Below are positions 39,166 to 48,439 of a stretch of DNA of 64,000 nucleotides, piece by piece (positions within the stretch are counted from its first letter, which is position 1; the number at the start of each line of letters is the position of its first letter). The notes beneath the pieces are model-generated. The model saw only the letters and a list, made by a program, of their open reading frames with translations, was not told where the DNA came from and searched no databases. Source of the stretch: a virus (Duplodnaviria > Caudoviricetes); the IMG/VR virus record IMGVR_UViG_3300032007_000068, positions 1-64,000 of that record. One strand, given 5' to 3'. The position numbers were made by a program, and so were the translations under genes.

Positions 39166-39269
39166 CTAAAAATAAAACGGGTAGCAAAAGGGTCGCTCCC
39201 TATGTGAGATAATGCGCCATAACGCAAGCCGTTATTAATAAAATGATACTTTTATGGAGGTATTCTTAA

Positions 39270-40328
39270 ATGAAATTACAAATACTTGTTCCGCATTACC
39301 ACGAAACGTCGGAAGTTATTTAGCCTTTACTTGATAGTTTAGCTATCCAATAGAATATTGATTTTCACAAATTGGGCGTAATTATTTGTCATGATGGCGA
39401 AGAACCAGAATATGGTATAGCTCCCAATGAAAATCAAAGTAAAAATATTGATCTAGAGAAAGATTATCCCTTTGAAATAAAACAAATTCATATCCCGCAT
39501 TCTGGAGTATCCGCCGCGCGTAATGCAGCTTTAGATGCGGCGACCGCGGACTATGTGATGTTTTGCGATGCTGATGATATGTTTTATAACGCTTGCGGGC
39601 TTTGGATGATATTTAGGGAAATGGAAATAGGATTTGACTCTCTTGTTTCTATTTTTGTAGAAGAAAGTCGCATTCCTGAAGATATCCCAGGTAATCCGCA
39701 AATAGGCTAGCCCGCTATGAAGAAGGGTGATATTACTTATATCAATCATGAAATGGACAGCACTTTTGTTCATGGCAAAGTTCATAAGCGCAGATATCTT
39801 TTAGATTAGAATATTAGATGGAATGAAAAGTTAACTATCCATGAAGATAGTTTCTTTAATATTCTCTGCTAGAACTTGAGTCAAAATGTTAAATATTGTC
39901 AATCGCCTTTTTATCTTTGGAAATGGCGCGATGATAGCGTTTGTCGTCATGACCCCAAATATATATTAAAGACTTACCGTAATATGATTGATAGTAATGA
40001 CGCTCTTGTTGATGAATTTACTAAACGCAAAGTCAATGATAAAGCTATGTTTTATACTGGGTTTATGATATTTGATGCTTATTATACAATGAATAAACCC
40101 GAATGGATAAATCAAGAGAATAAAGAATATCGTGATAGTACGGAGTAGCGTTTTTCAGAATACTTCTTAAAGAGAAAGAGCATATGGGATAATATTAATT
40201 CAGCTGATAAAATGTTTATTTCCAATCAAGTCCGCACTCGTTCCGTCATGGAAGGAATGCAGATGGAAGCTATTACTATAGATGATTGGCTTAAACATAT
40301 TAGTGAGCTTGGAGGTTAGAATAAATGA
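39270..40328 (+). CDS. Glycosyltransferase family 2 (GT-A fold; 352 aa, TAG=Gln)
   Basis: MKLQILVPHY...HSGVSAARNAALD.A..DYVMFCDADD; RBS GGAGG; joins track ORFs 39372 and 39876. Confidence 0.85.
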
Positions 40329-40513
40329 TTTTACAAGAAAAATTTAAACTCGATGAGGGCGGTTGGACTTTAGTAAAGACTTGGTCTGACCGGGGAGTTT
40401 TAATTAAATAGATAGGAACTGGAGATTTGTATGCGGAAGCTACAGACCCAGATTTTACTAATCGGGAGTATGAGGAAACTGATATTCCTATTGAAAAAGA
40501 GGGGGTTGAATAA
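40325..40513 (+). CDS. Small hypothetical protein (62 aa, one TAG)
   Basis: ATGA overlap; TWSDRGVLIK[Q]IGTGDLYAEATD. Confidence 0.65.
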
Positions 40514-40515
40514 TT

Positions 40516-41118
40516 ATGGCTGATGCTATAAAAACTTTTTTAACCGATGAAGGTCCGAAGCCAGTTGATTATACTGCGCTAGCTAATTTACCGACTATAC
40601 CAAGTACAAGTGATATTAATACTTAGATAAATACTAAAATTGCTGCTAATTGTATTGGCTCTACGACAGATCATTATAGTACTTTATGGGCTAATTTATA
40701 GGCGTTACCCGATCCAATGTAGGCTTGTATAAGCTATAGCGCGAGCAATGGGTCTATCGTTTATTTTCCAGTAGTACGCTATAACGCGGGTCAATATACT
40801 TTCGCTGGGCATAAGCCAGCGGGAACAGGATTAGATTATAGTACAATTTATGAATATTATTTGGGTTCGTCTAGTTTTACTTTTAGCAGTGTGACTACTT
40901 TTAATAAAATGGCCCTTAGTAATATAACTGCTTCTGAAGTTGCTAATAATGATTTAGCATATCTTTATGACACGTCTGACTTTGCTGCAAAAAAAATAAC
41001 TGTATCAGAGCTTAAAAATGTGTTTGGTAGTTCTGGTCCTAATATTACTACTTCTACTTCTGAGCCCACTTCTTCCGATGGCGCGGTGGGCGATATTTGG
41101 CTTGTTTATGAAGCCTAA
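40516..41118 (+). CDS. Hypothetical tail-fibre-like protein (200 aa, TAG=Gln)
   Basis: Continuous frame; C-terminal TSEPTSSDGAVGDIWLVY fibre-type motif. Confidence 0.6.
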
Positions 41119-41132
41119 GGAGTTGAGAATTA

Positions 41133-42221
41133 ATGGCAACTTATAATATTACTTCAATAAGTTTATTAGAGCGAGATTTGTCAGAGACTATTGCCGTGGG
41201 CGATATTTTAATTTGTCCTTATGATAATTCTTAGGCCGAAGAAAAGATTACCTTACCCGTTGGTACTTATAAATTGGAATGTTGGGGTGCTTAGGGTGGT
41301 TAGAAAAATAATCAGTATCCTGGCGGGAAAGGTGGCTATGCTTCCGGAAATTTAAATCTTATAGAGAAATAGGCTTTATATCTCCATGTAGGCGGCAGTG
41401 GCAATAATGGTGGTCGAAATGGCGGAGGTAAGGCGATGGGCGTTGAGGAATATGGTGGGGGCGCTTCAGATATTAGTTTTCAAACAAAAAAGACTTTAGA
41501 TAAAGATTATAGGTTTTCTCGCGTTATAGTGGCGGGAGGTGGCGGCGGTGCGGCCCAGGGGCTTGCCGGCGGCGCGGCTGGCGGTATCACTGGCTTTAAT
41601 GGTGATTATAATGGATTAGTTGGTATGATAGGGTACGGCGGAGGCAATAATGAAATTTCCCCTAATACAAATGGTGTCGCTACCTATGCCGGGCTATCAG
41701 CCAGTTAGCCTAGTTCTTATTCTACTTCTGGAGACAATTTTAATGGCTTCGGCTGGGGCGGCAATAGCGGAGCCGATAACGGCTATATAGCTGCTGGAGG
41801 CGGCGGTTGGTATGGTGGCTGCGGCGGCTATGCCGCAAAGCCTGCGCTTAGTAGAAGGTACGCCGGTGGCGGTGGCTCTAGCTATGTTTACACTTCTGCC
41901 ACTGCGAGTGATTACCCGGTTGACCCAGCTGGCCTTATTAGTCTTTCTAGCGATAAATATTTAACCGATACCAGCATTATTGATGGAGACAGCTATAATG
42001 CTATGCTCCAGCCCGACGGAACTTATGCCACTGGGCGAGCTGGAGACGGTTATATTAGGATTACAGTAATAGCATTAGCCACAGAGATCGGATATTGCAA
42101 AACTAGTGCTTCTACTTGGAGTCCCATTGTTAAAGGATATTACAAGTATGGCGCATCGTCCTGGCAACCTATAAATAAAGGCTACACTAAAACCTCTTCA
42201 GGTTGGAAACAAATTTTCTAA
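41133..42221 (+). CDS. Glycine-rich domain protein (ALK/LTK GRD-like; 362 aa, TAG=Gln)
   Basis: YKLECWGA[Q]GG...GGKGGYASG...LYLHVGG...GGGASDI...RVIVAGGGGG...GGGGWYGG...GGGGSSY...GDGYIRIT. Confidence 0.8.
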
Positions 42222-42310
42222 TCGAACCAAATTTATCTAAAAATTTTTGGCAAAATCGGATAAAATGTCTTGCCAATTTTTCATATATAATAGAAAGGAG
42301 TGAGACAAGT

Positions 42311-42694
42311 ATGCAACAGTATATTAATATTTTTGTAGAGGTCTGTCTCATTCCCATACTAGCAGTATTAACTAAGTTTATTATCGACTGGTTAAACGCT
42401 AAACGCGAACAAATCAAAGAAACCACTAAAAGCGATATAGCTGACCATTATATTGATTTAATTTATGATACCGTTCGGCGTTGCGTAATAGCTACTAATC
42501 AAACTTATGTTGAAACTCTTAAAAAAGAAAATAGATTTACTGCGGAAGCTCAATAGGAAGCTTTTCATAAGACTTTAAATGCGGTAATTGATATTCTTAG
42601 TTAGGACGTTTTAGACTATATAGTTGCTGCTAGTGGGGATTTGGAGACTTATCTCACTCAGATTATAGAAAGCCAAGTGGCTCTGGAAAAATAA
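42311..42694 (+). CDS. Putative holin (LL-H-like; 127 aa, TAG=Gln)
   Basis: One N-terminal hydrophobic segment followed by V..CV.ATNQTYVETLKK...FT.EAQ[Q]EAF; RBS AAAGGAG. Confidence 0.55.
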
Positions 42695-42696
42695 AA

Positions 42697-42724
42697 AGAG
42701 AGCCCTAATTAATAGGGCTCTCTA
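42697..42724 (+). terminator. Hairpin after the holin-like gene
   Basis: AGAGAGCCCTA-ATTAA-TAGGGCTCTCT. Confidence 0.65.
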
Positions 42725-42784
42725 TATCTTTACTCGTCAAATGGCAAAATAGGCAATTTTATCTTAAAAGAAAGAAGGTTTTGT

Positions 42785-43162
42785 ATGAATTATTACAATG
42801 CGCCTATGGCACGATTTCCCACGACCGGAGGACTTAAAGGTCATCCAGTCTCCTCGTTAGAGGAAGTTAGAGCTACTGGAATTGATTTTGACGGTTCCAT
42901 CTTTTTCTTCCCCGACATAGCTAATAATCGAATCTATACTAAGTAGATTAATATGGATGGGACTGCATCATTAAATATGTATGAACGAAAAGAAATTCCA
43001 GTCACTCCAACAACCGGAGATTATGTAACAAGAGCAGAATTAGCTGAAATAGTACAATCTTTTTAGAATTAGTTCGCGGCGCTTGCGCAACCGGCCGAAA
43101 AGCCAGCTTCTACTCCGGCACCGACGCCCGCAACTACTAAAAAGACAGAATATAATTTTTAA
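42785..43162 (+). CDS. Hypothetical protein, first gene of the six-gene cassette (125 aa)
   Basis: GHPVSSLEEV.A..IDFDGS..FFPD....IYTK[Q]INMDG; missed by the track. Confidence 0.75.
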
Positions 43163-43175
43163 GGAGGACTAAATA

Positions 43176-43412
43176 ATGGGCTTTCAAGATATTGTACAAT
43201 TAATTAGAGGAACGCAAGACCCCAGACAATTAAGTTTGGACTTATTAAAATAGAAAATGGGTAATACCCCAATGGGAGAAAATCTTCTTGCTCTTGCTAA
43301 AGAAGGTAAGACGGAAGAGATAGAAAAAATCGCCCGCAACTTGTGTCAACAACGCGGAGTCGATTATGATAAAGAATTTAGCGCCTTTAAGCAATTAATA
43401 GGTGTTAAATAA
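43176..43412 (+). CDS. Small helical hypothetical protein (78 aa)
   Basis: RBS AAGGAGG; one TAG; ends at TAA 43410-43412. Confidence 0.7.
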
Positions 43413-43443
43413 TATATTATTATTTTAAAGGAGGAACATAAAT

Positions 43444-44334
43444 ATGTTCAACACAAACAATGGCTATAGTCTTTCTGATATAGCCGCAGTAACTCGTGGA
43501 AATGATGGCTTTGGCGGATTTGGAGATGGTAATGGAGCTTGGTGGTTAATCCTGCTCTTCCTCTTCGCCGGTGGAGGCTGGGGTGGTTTTGGCGGTGGCT
43601 ATGGAGGCTACGGCAACATGATGCTGGGTTACGACTTCCCATGGCTGCTAAATGGCCAAAATGCCATTAATGCTAACACCGATGATGGTTTTAATCACGC
43701 GGCGACTTAGTCTGCTCTTGGTAATATCTCTGGCGCTATTACTGCGGGCTTTGGTGACGTACAAAACGCATTGTGTAGTGGCTTCGCTGGAGTAAATGCT
43801 ACTGTTAATGGCGCTCAGAATGCTCTTGCGCAGTAGCTTTATACCAACTAGATAGCTGACCTCGAACGCAGTTTCGCCTCTCAGACCGCTTCAACGCAGG
43901 GTATGAACGCCATTCAGGGCCAGCTGGCTCAGTGCTGCTGCGATAATCGTGCCGCCACGGCTGACTTAAAGTACACCGTAGCCACCGAGGCTTGCGCGGA
44001 TAGGGCTGCCATTAATGATGCTCTGCGCGATGTCATTAGTGCTAATACCGCAAGCACTCAGCGCATTCTTGACCAGCTCTGCCAGGATAAGATTGACGCG
44101 AAAAATGATACTATTGCACAGCTGAGACAAGAGCTTCTTTACGCTCGTGGCCAGGCTTCGCAAGATGTCCAGACTGCTCGTTTACTCGCGGGGCAGACCG
44201 CAGAGGTAGATGCGCTTTATGACCGTTTAAACACTTGCCCGGTACCCACTACTCCAGTTTATGGTCGCACCCCTATCTTCACTTGCAACAATGGCTGCGG
44301 CTGCTCTAATGCCTATACTGGTTTCGTGGCATAA
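43444..44334 (+). CDS. Gly-rich membrane-anchored coiled-coil protein with QCCC motif (296 aa)
   Basis: Track ORFs 43444 and 43903 are in frame across two TAGs; WWLILLFLF hydrophobic segment; LAQCCCDNR. Confidence 0.75.
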
Positions 44335-44348
44335 TTAAGGAGGATATT

Positions 44349-44771
44349 ATGGAGATTGTAGCTAATGCAATACAAGCCGTAGAACCTAATGCAGACGTAT
44401 TATTTACTAACATATCGGTCTCTGGCTCCTCTAGTATAATATGGCGTATGGGTTCTGGCTTAATTACTTTAAGAGGTTTACCCAATGGGCAATGCAGAGC
44501 CAGATTTAGAATTTCTTTCGGTGCCAATATCGCAGTAGAAGAAACTGAAACTGTAGGTCCGATCTATTTAAGTATTGCCTTAAATGGAGAAGCTGTCCCT
44601 ACCTCCAGGATGATTTCTACTCCAGCGGCGGTAGATGAATATAATAATGTATCTGCCGATATATATGTAGATGTCCCCATAGGTTGTTGCACTCAATTAA
44701 GTATTAAAAATACTGGTACTTTAATCACTAATGTTTAGAATGCTAATTTAATCGCAGAAAGGGTGGCATAA
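44349..44771 (+). CDS. Hypothetical beta-rich protein (140 aa)
   Basis: Track ORF extended through TAG (NV[Q]NANL) to TAA 44769-44771. Confidence 0.7.
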
Positions 44772-44773
44772 TT

Positions 44774-45310
44774 ATGGAACAATTAAAAAAGATTAAAGAA
44801 TGTATGGTAGAAGAAGTTTATGAACAATTAAACCATAACCTCGAACACGTTGATACCCATGAACTTGGAGAAGCTGTCGATATGATAAAGGATATAGCAG
44901 AAGCTATGTATTATTGTTCAGTCGTTGATGCTATGGAAGAAAGTTAGAAAGATAAAGACCAAGAACGCCGCACCGTATATTACACTGAGCGCATTTATCC
45001 TCCTATGTATGATGGGACGCGCGGCCGCAAACCCCCTGAAATGAACGACTGGGATACCGACCGCACTAAATCAGAAACGGACTCTTACTTGCGCGATGCC
45101 CGGGAGGGCCGCAGTGGCATGACCCGCCGCACTTATATGGAAGGCAAAGCCACTAAGGCTCCAAAGGAAAAGCAAATGAAGGAATTAGAACAATATGTCC
45201 AAGAATTATCTGTAGATATTGCAGAAATGATTAGGGACGCTACCCCTGAAGAAAAGCAAATGCTACAGAAAAAATTAACTAGTTTAGCTACTAAGATAGA
45301 TAATGTTTAA
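44774..45310 (+). CDS. Hypothetical protein (178 aa)
   Basis: ELGEAVDMIKDIAEAMYY...; in frame with track ORF 45005 across one TAG. Confidence 0.7.
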
Positions 45311-45602
45311 AAGTAATGGAGAGACTTGGATGATTATCCTAGTCTCTCCAGAACACCCTCATTTGCGACTTAAAAAAGGTGGCTATACCGCTGGTGTATG
45401 CGATGATGCTACTAAAACAATTTATATTAATGAAGAACTGCCATTGTCTTTTATGGGCAAAGTGTTGAGACACGAAATTGCCCACGCTGTATTATTTAGT
45501 CATGATGTGTTATTATCTGAACAAGATGAAGAATTAATTGCGGACGTAGTAGCAAACTACGGACAAGAAATGATAGATATATTTAATAGGGTTACTATTT
45601 AA
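45303..45602 (+). CDS. Small HExxH metallopeptidase-like protein (99 aa)
   Basis: G.CD..TKTIYI......VLRHEIAHA......EE pattern. Confidence 0.6.
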   Translation: MFKSNGETWMIILVSPEHPHLRLKKGGYTAGVCDDATKTIYINEELPLSFMGKVLRHEIAHAVLFSHDVLLSEQDEELIADVVANYGQEMIDIFNRVTI

Positions 45603-45620
45603 TAGTAACCCTATTTTTTA
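45585..45620. terminator. Bidirectional terminator at the convergence of the two transcription blocks
   Basis: 15-bp perfect inverted repeat AATAGGGTTACTATT-T-AATAGTAACCCTATT plus a T-tract. Confidence 0.85.
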
Positions 45621-46142
45621 TTATGTCCAATCATTTGGATTAGCTTCAACCCGTGTTTCTTTAACAATAGGTGTAATCTTGTTAGCATAAATGCCAATAC
45701 AAATCGCATCAGCTTCATCTTGTGTGCATTTTATATCAAACTAATTTGCAACCAACTATTGCGCAGCCCGCTTCTATTCAGCTCGTTGCTTGCCCCGGAC
45801 CCCGCAATAACTTTTCCACACTGTAGAAGGAACCAGCGTGTACTCTATTCCTTCTTCTTTTGCTAATTCAATACATACGCCTAATACTTCTGCCAAAGCT
45901 TTATATGTTACTACATTATTTCCAACGCTTGATTGTAATTGAATATCTTCAAAATATAAATGAGTGGGCTAAAATTCTGTTATAAATTTCTTTAAGCGAT
46001 TGCGGATGTACATTAAACGAGCTGCTACATCTTCCTGCGCCACTTCAAATTTCCCGTATGTGATTAATGACTGTGTCTCTTGTTCCCAAATGGAGTAGCC
46101 AGTAATGCGAGAGGACTAATCTAAACAAATAACCTTACTCAT
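45621..46142 (-). CDS. RuvC-like Holliday junction resolvase (173 aa, TAG=Gln)
   Basis: ICLD[Q]SSRITGYS...LYFEDIQ...WKSYCGVRGK.RAE[Q]K...DEADAICIG; missed by the track. Confidence 0.85.
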
Positions 46143-46701
46143 TGGTACTACCAAATCCACCAAAACGCTCGCCTTGGCTCTGGTCGTCGTCTACAGTGGT
46201 GTAGTTCATAATCACCGCATTTACTAATCTATCGCCTTTTTTAATCTGGATGGCGAAAGGAGAAAGATTAATAAGTGGTACGAATATTTGGCCCTCGTTC
46301 TCCGGATTATCTACATAGTCAGCATCGATAGTACCAACCCCATTAGCGAGTATCAGCCAATCTTTGGTAGCAACAGAACTGCGGTTGGTAAGCATTAGCC
46401 ATTGGTTTTTATCAAGATAGCACTTTATACCGGTGGGGACAAGAGTCGGTTTAGCTTTTTGTTCTTTGGCGGCGGTAGCTAATTCACTTAAAGTAAAAGG
46501 TTTAAGATAAGACCAATAATCAGTTACTCTTTTACTTTCATAAGCCCAAATACTCAGTTTATCAAGTAAGTGTTCCATAGGAGGAATAACAATATCTTCC
46601 GCGGCTGCGAGGTCATACCCAGCTGAAGCCGAAGTGGCTCTAACTGGTAGAACCACTCCGGGGTCGTCCGCATATTTACTTACTACAGCGAAATGCGCCA
46701 T
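46135..46701 (-). CDS. dut: Trimeric dUTPase (188 aa, no TAG)
   Basis: SAGYDL, LVPTGI, NRSS, GTIDADY and RFGGFGST motifs. Confidence 0.93.
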   Translation of the reverse strand: MAHFAVVSKYADDPGVVLPVRATSASAGYDLAAAEDIVIPPMEHLLDKLSIWAYESKRVTDYWSYLKPFTLSELATAAKEQKAKPTLVPTGIKCYLDKNQWLMLTNRSSVATKDWLILANGVGTIDADYVDNPENEGQIFVPLINLSPFAIQIKKGDRLVNAVIMNYTTVDDDQSQGERFGGFGSTNE

Positions 46702-46949
46702 TACTCATTATCTCCATAGTAAACCTGAACAGTTGACTCGGGCTCCTTCTCGTTGTTAAAGGCTATCGTCGCTGTAACTAACTGGTACTCTTCCACTATC
46801 TCGCCCTTCTCTTTAATATACTTAGTTGCATACTTAAATGAAATTAGCTCGCCATAGTCATTATGCGAAAGGGCCTCTCGAAGCTTTAACGCAGCCTCAA
46901 CGGTCGGTACCCTATAAGTGTTAGTTACTTTAATTAAATATCCATTCAT
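46701..46949 (-). CDS. Hypothetical protein (82 aa)
   Basis: Intact ORF; RBS GAGAGG before ATG 46949. Confidence 0.65.
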   Translation of the reverse strand: MNGYLIKVTNTYRVPTVEAALKLREALSHNDYGELISFKYATKYIKEKGEIVEEYQLVTATIAFNNEKEPESTVQVYYGDNE

Positions 46950-46953
46950 TAGA

Positions 46954-47214
46954 TTATATCCTCTCAATCTTTAAATTTTGTGTTTCGTATAATTCCGCTT
47001 CTTGTTCGCGGATTCTGTTAGCCAGCTCGTCGAACATGAATTCTGGAGCCTGCAGCCGCAAAGTATCTTGCTTGTAGAAATTGCAGTATTGTGTAACTAT
47101 CTTTACAAATTCTTCAGGGTCAGAGTTAATAGTGCCGCGCACTACTTCTCCATTATCTGCAATACAATAAACATCAGATTTTACATCAAATAAATTATAT
47201 TTCACCGCAATCAT
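46954..47214 (-). CDS. Hypothetical protein (86 aa)
   Basis: Intact, translationally coupled ORF. Confidence 0.6.
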   Translation of the reverse strand: MIAVKYNLFDVKSDVYCIADNGEVVRGTINSDPEEFVKIVTQYCNFYKQDTLRLQAPEFMFDELANRIREQEAELYETQNLKIERI

Positions 47215-47576
47215 ATTTCAATAACTCCTTTATCATAAGGAAAAAACATAAATGCATTAACTTGATTTGTTTCTCTATTCTGTACCCAAAATTCAATATG
47301 GTCTTTTTCAACAACTTCTACACCTTTAATTTTACCAAGAGAGTCAAGTACTTCATACAATACATCTTCTATTGTTTCTTCGCCAAAGCCACGGTCCATT
47401 ACTACTGTATAGTAATGCAATTCGTTATTTAGCAACATATAGAAAGTATTTCCAACTCCTCTCCAGAAATCATAGATGCCGGCTCGGTCGAACTCATTTC
47501 TAGTTATTTCTGGGAGGCTGGCATAAGAAGCTTGATTAACTTGATAAATGGTTGCAACATTAAGTTTATCTGCCAT
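47211..47576 (-). CDS. Hypothetical protein (121 aa)
   Basis: RBS AAGGAG before ATG 47576; FYMLLNNELHYYT block. Confidence 0.7.
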   Translation of the reverse strand: MADKLNVATIYQVNQASYASLPEITRNEFDRAGIYDFWRGVGNTFYMLLNNELHYYTVVMDRGFGEETIEDVLYEVLDSLGKIKGVEVVEKDHIEFWVQNRETNQVNAFMFFPYDKGVIEI

Positions 47577-47609
47577 TTCAAGAACTCCTTTGTCTTTTTG
47601 TTTAATTAT

Positions 47610-47638
47610 ATTATACAATAAATTCAATATTAGTGCAA
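47610..47638 (-). promoter_or_regulatory. Sigma70-type promoter
   Basis: TTGCAC-17 nt-TATAAT with an extended TG. Confidence 0.75.
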
Positions 47639-47949
47639 TGTGGGACGCACAAAGGTGCGATAAAAGATTTTATATCAATATCTGCTAAGCGGTTGTCTAA
47701 AACAAGAGAGCGAATAAAGTCTCTCGGGTAAGGCTATTTTGATAAAGCAATTATCTACCACACTACACCAGCTTGCTCCCAAGCATTATGTGTATAACTT
47801 CGGTATAGAGGAGTAAAGTGATGCGCATAAAGCCATTCCTCAACGCGGGGTGTCCAATCTGCGATAATGATGGCCTAAATGCTCAAAGGATTTATAGGTT
47901 TGTCTTTATGGCATAAAGCACTTAACTCCTCTTGATATTCAGAAGTCAT
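47611..47949 (-). CDS. Hypothetical protein (112 aa, TAG=Gln)
   Basis: ATG overlaps the nrdG end; open only if three TAGs are read through. Confidence 0.5.
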
Positions 47950-48439
47950 TAGTTACATCTTCTTTCGTATGCAAATTCCAAATACGCTGATTGCGGGAGC
48001 CGCGCATTTTAAGTGTTATGTCCCGCTGATCTAGAATAAAGCGCCCATCTATTAAGTAATCTGCGCTCTCTAAGATGCGTTTTAAAGCCGGTGTTGGGTG
48101 ATGACTTAATTCTTCCATCGTATAACCAGACCAAATATAAATCTTTGTATTTGGTAACTCCTGTTTAACCTATTCAATTATTAAGGCTGTAAGAAACTGG
48201 TTTTCTGGACAGAGAGGCTCCCCGCCCATTATAGCGAGCGAGCGTTCTACTCCATTGGCCTATAAACCTTGAATAATGCGGTTCATCGTTTCTTGAGTGA
48301 ACTCTTTGCCGCCGCTATATTGCCAGGTTTCTGGATTGTGGCAGCCAGCGCATCGATGCGGGCAGCCCTGGGTAAAGAATGAAAAGCTAACTCCAGGTGC
48401 TGCCGCAAAATCATTGGAGACAATTCCTGCATAGCGCAT
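47939..48439 (-). CDS. nrdG: Anaerobic ribonucleotide reductase activase (radical SAM; 166 aa, TAG=Gln)
   Basis: QGCPHRCAGCHNPETW, GGEPL, DGRF and GSRNQR; missed by the track. Confidence 0.93.

Noticed and set aside
42738-42775. Seventh copy of the promoter-like motif (GGCAAAATAGGCAATTTTATCTT)
   Set aside because: Matches only the upstream half and lacks the downstream T-tract/ATATWATA element.
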